64,000 bases of DNA, from contig CM052816.1 of assembly GCA_028534125.1 (NCBI GenBank), forward strand, positions 61,382,001-61,446,000, read 5' to 3'. Origin of the DNA: Lama glama. Taxonomy: Eukaryota. A program made the position numbers and the translations under genes. The notes beneath the pieces were generated by a model. It was not told the DNA's origin, ran no database searches, and was given only the letters and a program-made list of their open reading frames with translations. This document shows positions 13,100 through 26,380 of this stretch, piece after piece; position 1 is the first letter of the stretch, and every line of letters begins with the position of its first letter.

Positions 13100-13657
13100 A
13101 GAATCCACAGATTGTCTTTTCCTACTGTCTTCAGTGTCCCCAAGATTATTTCCAGGTTTAATGATTCTCTAGGAGTACTCATGGGACTCAGTTTATAGTC
13201 ATACTAATGGCTGAGATTTATTATGTTGAAATGATGTGGAGTAAAATCAGTAAAGGGAAAAGAAGCATGGGGTGAAATCCAGAGGAAACCAGGCACAAGC
13301 TTTCAGGAGCCCTCTCCCAGGGGAGTCACATAAGATATGCTTAATTACCCCAGGGAGTTGTGACAAGTGTGAAATGTTGTCTAGCAGGGAACCTCATTAG
13401 ACACTCAGAGCCCAGTGGTTTTTGTTGGGGGTAGTCATATAGGCACTCTTTGCCTAGCAGTTGTCAAAATATCTGACTCTTGGAAGGAAAGCAGGTATTC
13501 AGCATAAATGAAATTTTTGTACAGTGAACTACTCTTATCAGTTAGGTTGGTGGGAACCATCTCAAGATCTAGGTTCCCAGATGCAAGCCAGGGCCCAACG
13601 TTGCAAGCAAGCCTTTACAGATAATCTCAGGCTTACTTTTTAACTCTTTTCTGCATA
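13100..13657. mobile_element. ERVL-type LTR (MER21-like)
   Basis: Resembles the MER21 consensus as recalled (ccaggtttaatgattctctaggagtactcatgggactcag ... ccagaggaaaccaggcacaagctttcagg). Confidence 0.65.
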
Positions 13658-15092
13658 CCTATTAACTCCAAAGCTTCCATATTAAAACTCAATCCATTTT
13701 CTAAAGCAAGAAGTTAGATATTTAAGTGGGAAAATGGCAAGATTAAAAAAAATCGTGTTTAAATCATTTTAGAAATACTACTGTTATTTTCTTCTTTAGA
13801 AAGGGTTGAATTTTATAGCAGGGTCAGAAATAATTTGGGTGTTTGCTTTAGCTGGGCTTTAGCAAGGTAAGAGCTGTGTTTCATTGGTACAGTATGAGAT
13901 TAAACTGAAATTACAGTTTTTTAATAGGTTAAAAAATAAGTATCAGTAATTTTATATATTTCATTCTAATATATTCAGGAAAAGTGATGTAGATTCCTTT
14001 TTGTTGTGATAGTTTTGCCTAGTTTAAATACTGCTTTTTAAGAATTTTTTCTAGTAATAATAATAATAAACATTTATAAATCACTTCATAGTTCACAAAA
14101 AACTTTTTTACATTCTTATTTAATTATCTATAAGAAAATAATGTTAAACTCTGTTTTGTAAAAATTTTAATGCATGGAAATGCATTTTTATATAATTAAA
14201 CCTTTCAAAGAGACTAGGTTTTTTTCCTCTGACTGTTCAACAGACAATATTATGATCGGGAGGAGGGTCTTAGAGCTACCTGCTCTGTATCATAAAAATT
14301 GGTTAAAGAAAGACGGGACTTGGTGTCCTTTTAGTGTTATTACAGGAATATTTACTGCATTTCTGAAATGTGAATTTTTGATCTGTTTTGCTACCTATAA
14401 GAATTACATAGAAGAGATAAATGTTCTGAAATTTAACTTTAAGCATACATAGATTTTAATTTCATGGTCTAATCGGACAACAGATATATCACATAGGTTT
14501 GTAATTATTAAATTACAGTGATTAGAACTACCTAATATCAAAAACGTTTATCCTAATTTATCTTTGGCTAAAGGGGTACACAATTAACAAACTATTGTGC
14601 TGTAAAACTGGTTTTTATATGTGACTTGTGGAACCAGTCTCATTTTATAATTGTCTCTATGTATGTGTTTAAATTTATTTTTAGCTACTCAGATAAATGT
14701 ATTTGCAAGTTTTCTGAAAATGCATAGAGAGGAAAAAGAGCATCTTCAAACCAAATTTGTCTAAAAAACATTGGCAAGAAATAACATATTTTTAAAGAAT
14801 ATTAACATAGGGAATAAACTTAATGTACTCAGGTTTTTTTAGGTTGAATGATGAAGTTAGAATTGATCATTTTTAATACTCTCTCACTAGCATAATGGCA
14901 GTTGATGAGCTATAATTAGTGTAGTTTAAAGCAAAAATTCTGTTTGGAGTGATACTTTTTAATAGTTTAGATGACTGTTATATTAGCCATATGTGCTAGG
15001 AACTTGTATTAAAGAATTAAGACTCTACACTTTCTTCTATGAATACATGCAAGAAGTGACTGTTTTATTCCCTTGTTTGTTTTGTTTCATAG

Positions 15093-15165
15093 CTGTCATT
15101 ATTAATTATGCAAGTGAAATGTTTGACTTCTGAACTCAGTCAATGGAGGAAAGAAACTCCTGAAA
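15093..15165 (+). CDS. CENPK: CENPK coding exon 3
   Basis: LSLLIMQVKCLTSELSQWRKETPE+1 nt; catag| acceptor, A|GTAAGA donor; 73 nt. Confidence 0.95.
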
Positions 15166-16187
15166 GTAAGATTCTTATTTTTAGGTTTATATTTTTGTGA
15201 ACAAATTAATGGTGAATTAATTTAATGGTCGCAAGAATTCAAGATCCATTTAGCTTTCTTGAAATTACCTAAATTCCATTGATATTAGGAAGTCACCTTA
15301 ATTTTCTTTTCTTACATTTATTATTTTATGCTTATTTTATTATTATAGATGAATGTATCTGTCTCACATTAGAGTATAGTAATCTTCATTATGGAGACTT
15401 TATTAATAGCCATCATTTTTTTATATGCTCCAGTAGAAACTGTAAATTGTTTCTTAATGAATGAAACTTACCTAGTGGAAGAGAGAAATTCTTTTAGATG
15501 CTTATTTACATAAGGGCCACATAGATTTTATGTTGCCTTTTGACTTGTCCAACTGAGGCCAACTATATTTTTGCTTTTAGTTGAGAAAAAAAGATGACTT
15601 AAAAATTTGTAGTTACAATAATAGAAGATATTTTTGTCTTATGAAAGCCTACATTTCTCTGTTGGATTTTTACATCTGTATTTGATCTTCTATATAGATT
15701 GCACCCTTTTTTTTTTTTGTATGTCTTCCTTCTTTCTCCTGTCCCCTGTCTCCTTTCCTTTAGTTCCCCCTACTTCCTTTCTTAGTTTCCTTTGTAGGCT
15801 TATCATTCTCTATTCCAGTTATTGGAATTCTTTTCTCCTCATTCTCTTCCTAGACAATTTTATCTGCATTCTTTTTTTCAATTACTATATTCATGCCAAT
15901 GTCCAGCACTGTTCTATGTCTTCACTGCCATCTAGTAACCTTTTTAATTTTAGCACTTCTGCTAGGTATCTATATACAATTGTGATTTTAATTTGCATTC
16001 AACTGTGTATCATATTGCCTCCTCTAGCATTATATTGACCATCTCAGTGACTACTCATACTCTGTTGTTAAAATGTTGGTGTTTTCCAAATGACTACATG
16101 CAGCTTTTTTCACTTCTTTCTTTTTATGCTCTTTCAGGATTATGTTTTCTGCTTCTATTTTTATGTGTTATATTTGTATTAGACTTC

Positions 16188-16563
16188 TATATTAGCTTGC
16201 TAGGTCTGCCATAACAAAGTAGCATGGACTGGGTTGCTTAAACAACAGAAATTTATTTTCCCATTATTGTGGAGGCTAGAAGTCCAGGGTTAAGGTGCTG
16301 GCAGGAATGATTTCTTCTGAGGCTTTTCCCTGTGTCTTAACAGGGTCACCTGTCTGTGTTCTAATCTCTTTGTATAAGAACACCAGTCATAACTGAGTAG
16401 GGCTTACCATGATGACCTCATTTTTACTTAATTACCTATTTAAAGATCTAGCTCCAAATGCATTCACATTTTGAGGTACTGGGGATTAGGATTTCAAATT
16501 ATGCATTTAGACAGGGTGGGAAAGGGTGGAGGAATGGGGAAAGGACATAGAATTGTTGTAACA
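16188..16563. mobile_element. MaLR (MLT1A/B/C-like) solo LTR
   Basis: gccataacaaagtagcatggactgggttgcttaaacaacagaaatttatt ... ggaggctagaagtcc ... gaggtactggggattaggatttcaa. Confidence 0.8.
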
Positions 16564-16899
16564 ACTCTCAAGTCTATATATCCAAATCAGACTTCTTTGT
16601 AACATCACACTTTACATATCCCTCTACCTTCTAGATATCCTTTCCGAATTATTCTACAGATGCCTCAGATTCATGAATTGATCTCCATTCCTTGACCCAC
16701 TGAATGGGATCTATTTGATCAGCCATGATTTTAAGAGTCCTTCTAGATACTTCTAGATTTTTCGTATTTCACATATAGTCTGTAAATATTGAGCCCTACT
16801 GCCACAGATTTACTTTAGGCCTTTATCACCAATCCACTACTTTATTATAATAAACTTTTTTATCTCTTGATCACGTTTTTTTTTTAGTTATAGAAATGT

Positions 16900-17445
16900 T
16901 CAAACTTAAAAGTTGAAGGTCCAACTTCATTCTTTCGCGTATGTATTATCCAGTTTTCCCAGTACTTTTGCTGAGAAAACTGTTCTTTCCCGCATTGAAT
17001 TGTCTTAGCACTCTTGTCAAAAATCAATTGATCACACAGTGAGAATTATTATTTCTGGGCTCTGTTCTTTTCCATTGGTCTGTATATGTGTGTCTCTATG
17101 CCAGTAGCACATTGTTTTCATTACTATGTCTTTTCAGTAAGTTTTGAAATGGGAAATATGAGACTTTCAACTTTGTTCTTTTAGGAAGGATTTCTCTATT
17201 TCTACAAAAAACATTATTGGGATTTTGATAGGAATTTTACTGACTCTGTATATTGCTTTGGTGTTGACATCCTAATAATATTAAATATTAAATCTTATAA
17301 TCCTTGAACACATGATTTTTTTTCTATTTGTTGGTGTGTCTTTAATTTGTTTTGTCAGCATTGCATAGTTTTCAGTACACAAGTTTTTTGCCTCCTGAGT
17401 TAAATTTGTTCTTAAGTACTTTATTCTTTTGAATGCTGTATGTCA
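16900..17445 (-). mobile_element. L1 ORF2 fragment
   Basis: Antisense L1 ORF2 text (ccagttttcccagtac ... tcttgtcaaaaatcaattg ... ttgggattttgatagg). Confidence 0.75.
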
Positions 17446-18310
17446 GAAAATTTTAAATTTTTATTTTTCTAACTATCATCACCCCTTACATACACACATT
17501 ATACTGGTAACACTGAACACATTGATCTGTTGGTCAAATACCTACTGTGCTTAGGGTTGCGAGTCCCATAGGCTACCATACTGGAAAGACTTCTAAAATC
17601 TTTATATTCTTAGAGCCTGCCATATTGTACTGGTTGAAATGATTGAATGAATATTGAAATGCTACTTTTGGCCACACTGGCCAAGAGGGAGATTTTTAAG
17701 CTTTATGTTCTTAGTATCCTTTTCATTGTATAGCCTTCCTGGGGCTGCCTATAATTAATTCAAATATAGGGCCTATGAAGCACATAGCTTTTTCCTGTTA
17801 AAAGACCCTGTAGAATAGCAGATAGCTTAGAAAGTTTTCAGTAACGTATCATTTGTGAAATTTTCAATAACACTTTATTAGGAAAGGTAAACTTTTTTAA
17901 GTATAAGGGTTGAACTTTTCCAAGTGTAAGGATTTGATTTTGCTACCAAAATTACAATGAACTCTTAGTTCATGCTCATAAGACTGGCAAAAATTTTAGA
18001 AGTCTTTATAGTATCTTTTGCTGTTTCTTATTTATTGCTCCTAGAAAATTTTAAAACAAGAATCCAGCATCCTGTTTTAAAATTCAAAATACACATTTTA
18101 ATCAGTGAAATTTCATTTCTGGGAATCTGTCCCACAGAAATGAAAGCACCAGTATTAAAGACACAAATAAAAGAATGCTTCCTGCATTATTGTTTTTTGT
18201 TGCTAAAAATTAGACACAAAGTCATAGCTCAGTCAACAGCAGAATTACATAATACATTATGGTATATTCACTCTGTGGAATATAATGCAGCATAAAAAAG
18301 TATGAATTAG

Positions 18311-18445
18311 GGGGAGGGTATAGCTAAGTGGTAGAGTGCCTGCTTAGTATGTGTGAGGTCCTGGGTTCAATCCCCAGTACCTCCATTTAAATAAATAAAT
18401 AAATAAACCTAATTACCTCCCCTTAAAATTTTTTTTGTTTTAATT
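18311..18445 (+). mobile_element. tRNA-derived SINE (Vic-1-like) with TSD
   Basis: A/B-box head ggggagggtatagctaagtggtagag...gggttcaatcccc; perfect 10-bp TSD tatgaattag at 18301-18310 and 18446-18455. Confidence 0.92.
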
Positions 18446-18933
18446 TATGAATTAGACTTTTACCAAATGAACAGAAAGGATTCCCATGGGGAGTTTTGTT
18501 GAATGAAAATACAAATAATGTGTATGATATGATCCTATTCTTAAAACCAGCAATGACAAAATTAATAACCCTCGTATGTATATGTACATATATATATATG
18601 TATGCATAGAATCATATGACCACAGAGAACTATTTAAGCAATATGCTATAGATTATTAATTTTTTTTGAGGGATAGGGAAAACAAAATGGGAAAATAAAA
18701 AGGCACTAAAAACAAAATGCATAAATGTCACATTAAAATTATATTTAAGTTGGCTATATGTGTAAAGATGTTAAATAAAACTAATTTCATAGAAACTGTA
18801 CACATTTTATTAAATGTTCTATAATATATAAATGGAAAGAAAAGGGGGTATCTTTGAAACTACAAAATCAAATTCTTGGTTTTTGAGAGTTAACTAAGTA
18901 TATGTATAATTTTGTTTCATTTTGTTCCTGTAG

Positions 18934-18980
18934 TGATTCCACTGAATGAAGAAGTTCTGGTGGCATTAGGAAAAGAAGAG
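18934..18980 (+). CDS. CENPK: CENPK coding exon 4
   Basis: (M)IPLNEEVLVALGKEE; tgtag| acceptor, GAG|GTAAGT donor; 47 nt. Confidence 0.95.
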
Positions 18981-19498
18981 GTAAGTCACTTAATGAATTT
19001 ATAGTGATCCCAAATAATTTGTAAGCAGAAATGTTTTGGATAAGTTCATGCTGTGACGAGTAAGATAAAACCATTTTAAAATCGTATTGTTTTATTGAAC
19101 AGAGTATTTTTAAAAATTTGGATTTTGAATTTAATATGTAAATTTTACTCTTGTGTTCAATTTTCAGCTGATTAAACTCTCCATAATAAAAGCAAAAAGG
19201 TTAAACATAGCTAAGTGTTCATACATATATCTGTCCTTCTCAAAAGTTAACATAAATGTTGATAAAGACATGTTTTTAAAGTGTAAGGTTTTTAGACCAA
19301 AGTGTAGGAGGGAAGATAGAAACAAACAAGAATTTTAAAGAAGGTTATAGAGCATGGAAATAGTATCTGTGTGCCTAGAAACAGAAATAGGGATGATAAG
19401 AGAGATTATCTACCCTACAGAACTGAAGAAAGTCTTCGGATTTGAAAGAACTTGGTACTTCAAAATTCAGTGTTTAAGTGCGAAATTAAAAACAAGGA

Positions 19499-19718
19499 CC
19501 ATTTGCAGCAACATGGATGATCCTAGAGAATGTCATTCTAAGTGAAGTAAGCCAGAAAGAGAAAGAAAAATACCATATGAGATCACTCATATGTGGAATC
19601 TAAAAAACAAAAACAAANNNNNNNNNNNNNNNNNNNNNNNNNNNNNNNNNNNNNNNNNNNNNNNNNNNNNNNNNNNNNNNNNNNNNNNNNNNNNNNNNNN
19701 NNNNNNNNNNNNNNNNNA
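19499..19718 (+). mobile_element. Young 5'-truncated L1 spanning the assembly gap
   Basis: L1 ORF2 end and 3'UTR start (tttgcagcaacatggatg ... gtggaatctaa); TSD aaaaacaagga at 19488-19498 and 19719-19729. Confidence 0.85.
19618..19717. other. Assembly gap (100 N)
   Basis: Exactly 100 Ns, the usual placeholder for a gap of unknown size. Confidence 0.99.
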
Positions 19719-20186
19719 AAAAACAAGGAGATTTCTTTAAAGTAAGAACAGACTATTAGACCCCGTCTCCCTTTCTCTTTCACTGTCTCTTTTGCGATCA
19801 AGCAGCTAACTTTTACCCACAAGCCTGAAAACTGGAAGTATATGGTATGGAGACATTAAAGTATTGAGAATCTGGACTCAGTGATACCAGGTTGGGTGTT
19901 TAGTAGATGTGGTGTGAGGTCAAAAATCAGAAGGTTCAAGTCAACAATTTTATACTTGTATGGTGTAAGTACCAACTCCTGATCTGTCTCTTGAGGCCCT
20001 GCAGTCCGGTATAAAAGAAGCCTCAGACTGGAGATAAAATAATCTTCTCTGAAAAATCTAAATGGCTCAAGGGAAAAAAGTCTATAAGTATTAATGTATG
20101 GGGGTTCCCAGTGAAAAGCAAGGCGGCTATACATCAGAAGCCTCACTCATAAACAGAGTATGTTTTTGAGTTTTAAATGTGAATGG

Positions 20187-21869
20187 CCAACTTTTATTCA
20201 ACTTAGTATTGGAATTCCTAGCCATAGCAATCAGACAAGAAAAAGAAGTAAAAGGAATCCAAACTGGAAAGGAGGAGGTAAAAGTGTTTTCAGATGATGT
20301 GATAGCATACATAGAAAATCTGAAAGTCATTACCAGAAAACTACTGGAGCTCATCAGTGAATTTAGTGAATTTATGGGTTACAAAATTAATATACAGAAA
20401 TTTGTTGCATTTCTATACGTTAACAATTAACTATCAGAAAGAGATATTATGGGAACAATCCCATTTATCATTTATCATCACATCAAAAAGAAAATACCTA
20501 GGAATAAACCTACCTAAGGAAGTAGAAGACCTGTACTTGGAAAACTGTGACAGTGATGAAAGAAATTGAAGACACAAGCAGATGGAAAGGTATACTATGT
20601 TCTTGGATTGGAAGAATTAATATTGTTAAAATGACCATACTGTCCATGGCACTCTGTAATCCCTATCGAAATACCAATTGCATTTTTTTCACAGAACTAG
20701 AACAAATAACTTTTAAATTTGTAGGGAAACACAAAAGACCCTGAATAGCCAAAATAATATTGAAAAAGAAGAACAGTGCTTGAGATATTACACTCACTGA
20801 CTTCAGATTATACTACAAAGCTACAACAACCAAAACACTATGGTACTGGCACAAAAACAGACACATAGATCAGTGGAACAGAATAGAGAGTCCAGAAATA
20901 AAGCTACAGACTTATGGTCAATTAATCTACAACAAAGGAGACAAGAATATACAATGGAGGAAAGAGTCTCTTCAATAAGTGGTGCTAGGAAAACTGGACA
21001 GCTACATGTGAAATGATGAAATTGGCACATTCACTAATACTATGTATATAAATAAACTCAGAATAGATTAAAGACCTAAATATAAGATTCGAAACCATAA
21101 AATTTCTAGGGGAAAGCATAAGCAGAACACTCTTTGACTTAAATCATAGCAATATTGTTTTGTATCTGTCTCCTAGAGTAAATGAAATAAAAGCAATAAT
21201 AAACAAATGGGACAATACCAAACTAAAAAGTGTTTGCACAATGAAGAAAACTATCAACAAACAATAAGACCACCTATTGAATGGAAGAGGATGTTTGCAA
21301 AGGATATATCTGATAAGGCGTTAATATCCAAAATATACAAAGAACTCACACAACTCAACATCAAAAAAAAATAAACAAAGCAATTAAAAAAACAGTGGAA
21401 TATCTGAATTAACATTTTTCCAAGGAAGACATTCAGATTATCAACGGGCGCATGAAAAGATGCTCAACGTCACTAATCATCAGGGAAATGCAAATCAAAA
21501 ACCACAATGAGGTATCACCTCACATCTATCAGAATGGCTGTCATTGAAAAGGATACAAATAACAAGAGAGGATGTGGGGAAAAGGGAACCCTTGTATACC
21601 ATTGATGGGAATGTAAATTGGTGCAGCCACTATGGAAAATGGTATGGAGGTTTCCCAAAAAACTAAAAATAGAACTACCATATGACCCAGCAATTCCACT
21701 CCTGGGTATTTATCTGAAAAAAGGAAAACACTAATTTGAAAACATATTTGCACACCAATGTTCATAGCAGCATTATTTACAACTGGCAAGATAGGGAAGT
21801 ATCCTAAGTGTCCATCAACAGATATGGATAAAGAAGAGGTCACGTATGTATGTGTGTGTGTGTGTATGT

Positions 21870-21902
<33 letters not shown>

Positions 21903-22472
21903 CACAGGAATACTACTCAGCCATAAAAATGAAAATTTTGTCATTTGTAGTGACATGGGTGGACTTAGAGGGTATTATGCTAAGTGAAATTAGTCAGATG
22001 GGGAAAGACAAATACCACATATCACTTATACGTGGAATCTAAAAAATTATGACAAACTAGTGAATATGACAAAAAAGCAGCAGACTCGCAGATACAGAGA
22101 ACAAACTAGTAGTTACTAGTAGGGAGAGGGAAGAGGGAAGGCAGGGTATAGGATTAGGGGTTTAAGAGGTACAAACTATTATGTATAAAATAAGGATATA
22201 TTGTACAGCATAGGAGAGATAGCCAATATTTTATAATAACTATAAATGGAATATATCCTTTAAAAATTGTGAATCACAGTGGGGAGGGTATAGCTCAAGT
22301 GCTAGAGTGCATGCTTAGCATGCATGAGGTCTTGTGTTCAATCCCCAGTACCTCCTCTAAGAATAAATAAATAAATAAACCTAATTATCTCTCCCTACAA
22401 AAAAAAAATTGTAAATCACTATATACCTGTAACTTATATAATATTGTACCATCAACTATACTTCAGTTAAAA
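20187..22472 (+). mobile_element. 5'-truncated L1 (RT C-terminal part of ORF2 and 3'UTR), frameshifted
   Basis: ORF fragments [38 protein letters not shown] (FADD motif degenerate), [17 protein letters not shown] and MFIAALFT...KDKYHISLIRGI*; 3' end caactatacttcagttaaaaa. Confidence 0.95.
22281..22405 (+). mobile_element. tRNA-derived SINE (Vic-1-like) nested in the L1 3'UTR
   Basis: Same SINE head; flanking aaaaattgtgaatcac (22262) / aaaaattgtaaatcac (22404). Confidence 0.92.
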
Positions 22473-22679
22473 AGAAAGGCCAGCCAATGATATTGACATT
22501 TGTGAAATACCTCCAAATAGAAAGGCAGAAATCCAGAATAATTGACAAAGATGAATCATAAGGAAATAGAGACAATTCAAGGAACAAAGAGAACTTAGTA
22601 AAATAACATCTTCAGAGAGATAAAAAAATTTTTTTAGTCCACTAAATAACAGGATGTAAATTTTAAAAAGGAACAATTT

Positions 22680-23398
22680 TACACCTCCTAGGAGGACTAT
22701 CATCAAAAGACAGATAATAATAATAAGTGTTGGTGAAGTTGCAGAGAAATTAGAGCACTTACACACTGCTGGTGAGATTGTGAAATGGTGCAGCCACTTT
22801 TGATGACAGTCTGCTAGTTCCTCAAAAGGTGATAGAATTATTCTTTGAACCAGCAGTTTCTCTCCTAGGTATATACCGAAGAGAAATGAAAATATGTGTG
22901 TCCGCACAAAAACTTACCCATGAATGTTTATAGCAGAATTTTTCTTAATGACCAAAAAGAGGAAACAACCCAATGTTCATAAGCTGGTGGAAGGATAAAT
23001 AAAATGTGATATATCTGTACAATGGCATATTTGTCAATAAAAAGAAATAAAGTATTGATATAAGGTCATATATATTGATATGGATGTACTTTGAAAACAT
23101 TATGCTTAATGAAAGAAGCCATTCAGAAAGGATCACGTAAGATTCCATTTATATGAAAATTCTATAGAGACAGAAAATAGATGTTACTTGTTGATTAAGG
23201 CTGGATATTTGGAGAGGAAACAGGGAGTGTCTGTTAGATATTAATGGCTACTGCTAACAAGTGTTCCTGTGAGATGATAAAAATGTTCTAAAATTGGTTA
23301 TGCTGATGTTTTCACAACTCTATGAATATACTAAAATTACACACTTTAAATGGGTGAATAGTATGGTATGTGATTTATATCTCAATAAAGCTGTTACT
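22680..23398 (+). mobile_element. Older L1 3' end (L1MB/L1MC-like)
   Basis: aaatggtgcagccactttt ... ctcctaggtatatacc ... tatatctcaataaagctgtt terminus. Confidence 0.8.
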
Positions 23399-23430
23399 GT
23401 CAATCAGAGGGGAAAAAAGAGCCCTCTGGG

Positions 23431-23518
23431 TTTTTTTTTTAATGGAGGTACTAGGGATTGAACCCAGGACCTTGTGCTACTAAGCATGTGCTGTACCACT
23501 GAGCTACTTCCCTTCCCC
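23431..23518 (-). mobile_element. tRNA-derived SINE (Vic-1-like), short-tail form
   Basis: Reverse complement of the SINE head followed directly by poly(A). Confidence 0.85.
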
Positions 23519-23699
23519 ATTTTCATGTTAACTATTACAGATAAAAATAACAAAGGAGTCAGATAGTTATCTTGTCTCTCTTTATTTTGCATTTTCTTGT
23601 GCATCCAGTGAGCCAACTTTCAGAGAATTGTTTCTATTATTTTTAACTTTCAGTGATAATTTCTTCCTACAGTAACTGACCTTAGAGCAGCTGATGCCT

Positions 23700-26380
23700 T
23701 AGATCTTTCTTGCACACTTCTTTTTATTCTCTTAATGGTGTCTTTTGAAGGGTTTAAATTCCTAATTTGATTAACCCAACTTAATCAAGTTTTTTTTAAA
23801 GATTTACACTCAAATATAAAAATATTTGCTCAACTTGCAATCACAGATTTTCCTGCATTTTTTTTTCTTTTTTTAAGAAATTTTAAAGTTTCACATTTAG
23901 TATTTGGATCTGTGACCAATTTTGAAATAATGTTTATATGTGGAATGAGTTATTGATAAAGGTTCTTTTTTTTCATATGCATACTAATTGTTCCCGCACA
24001 AACTGTTGAAAAATTGTTTTCTTTCTTTTGAATTTTCTTTGCACATGCATTGAAAATTAATTGACCATATACATGTGGATCTATTTCTAGACTCTCCATT
24101 TTTCTTCCATTCTGTGCTGTGGATGTTTATCTTCCTTTGTTCTCTGCTTCTGTCTTTAGGTCAAATACCATATTGTTTTGTTTACTGAAGATTTTTAATG
24201 TCTTGAAATTAAATAGTATGAGTTCTAACTTTGTTGTTCTTTACCAAAATTGTTTAGTATTTTCATATAAATTAGAGTTGGCTTGTCTATCCCATAAGTA
24301 AGCTAACTGAAATTTTGACTGAGATTGCCTTGAATCTGTAGTTTTAATCGAGGAGAAGTGACATCTCCTACATACTGAGTTCAGTTCAAATCCATGAGTA
24401 CTGTATGGTCTCTGTATTTATTAAGGTCTGCATTTATTTGGTATTTTGAAAGTTTATCTCACCAATGTTTTGTAATTCACTGTATCAACAGACTAAAAAA
24501 GAAAAAAGCATTTGATGATCTCAATGAATTAAAAAAAATGACAAAACTCAATATTCATGATTTTAAAAAAGACTTTATAAATTATAATGGAAGTGTGCAG
24601 GTCTTGTACATGTTTTAACAAATTCATCCATTTAGTATTTCATATTTTTATGTTATTAAAATTGTATTCCTTTTTAGAATTACAATTTCCAATTATTTAT
24701 TGCTAGTATGTACAAATACAGTTAATATTTATATATTAATCTTGTCTCTAGTGTTCATGATAAAGCCCTTTTTCTAATAGCTTTTTTGTAGATTCTGTAG
24801 GATTTGCTATATTAGCTAGTCATATCATTTGCAGTCAAGGCAGTTTTATTTATTCTTTTCCATCTGGATGCTTTTTATGCCTTTTTTTTTTTTTTTTTGG
24901 CTTTTTGTACTGTCCTAGAATATTTAGTAATATATTGAATTCAAGTGGGCAGAATGGACATTTTTGCCTTATTCCTAATCTTAGTAGATAGCATTTGCTC
25001 TTTCACCATTAAGTGTATGTTAGCAGTAAATTTTTCATAGATGCCATTAATAAAATAGAGAAAATTACCTCTGTTATAATTTATGAAGTCTTTTTTAAAA
25101 ATCATGCATTAATATTGAATTTTGTCTCTCTATTTTTTCTGAATTTGAGAAGATTTTTTTCTTTTTCAGTTTAATATAGTAAATTTCATTGATAAATATT
25201 TAAAAACTGACTTCAACTGTTTAAGTTTATTCCTAAGGATAGACTCCACTTTGCTGTAATGTATTAATCTTTTAAATTTATGGTTGAACTTAATTTGCTA
25301 AAATTTTTTAAAGATTTTTGTATCTATTTTTTGAGAGATACTGGTCTGTGGTTTTCTTTTCTTGTAACATCTTTGTATCAGGGTAATACAAGGCAAATAG
25401 AATGATTTCAGAACTAATCTCTCTTCAAAAGAATTTGTATAAAATTAGTATTACTTACTCCTTAAATGTTTGTCAGAATTTATAGGTGAAGCTGTCTGAG
25501 TCTGGAATTTTATGTGTGTGTGAAAATGTTAAACTATAATTTCAGTTTCTTTATGGCTAGTCAGGTTTTCTGTTTTTCTCTGAGCTTTGGTAGTTTGTGA
25601 CTTTCAAAGAGTTTGCTCATCTATCTATCAAATTTATTGACATAAAATTATTCATAGCGTCGCTCCATTACCATTTTAATGTTTATAGTAATGCTAGTTT
25701 TCCCACTCCTGATGTTGGTAATTTATGTCCTTTTTTCTCCTTTCATTAGTTTGGGTAATTTTATTGACCTTCTCAGAGAATCAGCTTTGGGTTTCATTGC
25801 TTTTTTCCTATTTTTGTTTTTCTATTTCATTGATTCAACTTTTTATCATTTTTTCTTCAGCTTATTTTTTATTTTATTTGCTCTTTTTCTAGTTTCTTAT
25901 GGTGGAAGCTGAGGTCATTAAATGACAGCATTTTTCTAGTATAAGCTTTTAGTAGTGTAAATTCTCATCTGAGTACCTCTTTTGCTTCATCCCAGAAATT
26001 TTAATTTTATTTTTATTTTCAGACAGTGTATAATACTTTTTTATTTTCCTTCTGATTACTTCTTTCATCCACAGATTATTTAGAAGTGTATTTTCACTAT
26101 CCAAATATTTGCAGATTTTTCCAGGTATCTTTCTATTATTGATTTTTTAAAATTACATTATTGGATCATATTTAATGTAATATCAACATGGCTGCATTAA
26201 AATTACATGATTTTTCTTTCCTATTTGTCCTACCTTTTCTCTGTTCCTGTTTGCCTCTCTTCTTACTTTCTTGGATTGTGTATTTTTAAAAATAAGCACA
26301 TTATTTATATTATTAGCTTATTAGTTTTATCTCTTTTTTCATAGTGACTCTAAGGTTTATAATATACAGCCTTATATTAC
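23700..26380 (-). mobile_element. Old degenerate L1 ORF2
   Basis: T-rich antisense L1 ORF2-like text throughout (e.g. ttttgccttattcctaatcttag, gatactggtctgtggttttcttttcttg). Confidence 0.7.

Noticed and set aside
15634..16214. Hydrophobic ORFs resembling membrane proteins (also 22467-22907 and 25679-25912)
   Set aside because: F/L/I-rich translations of T-rich intronic or antisense-L1 sequence.
18311..18385. tRNA-like sequences here and at 10646, 22281, 23431 and 36873
   Set aside because: They carry A-rich tails and mostly TSDs, and diverge from each other; these are SINEs, not tRNA genes.
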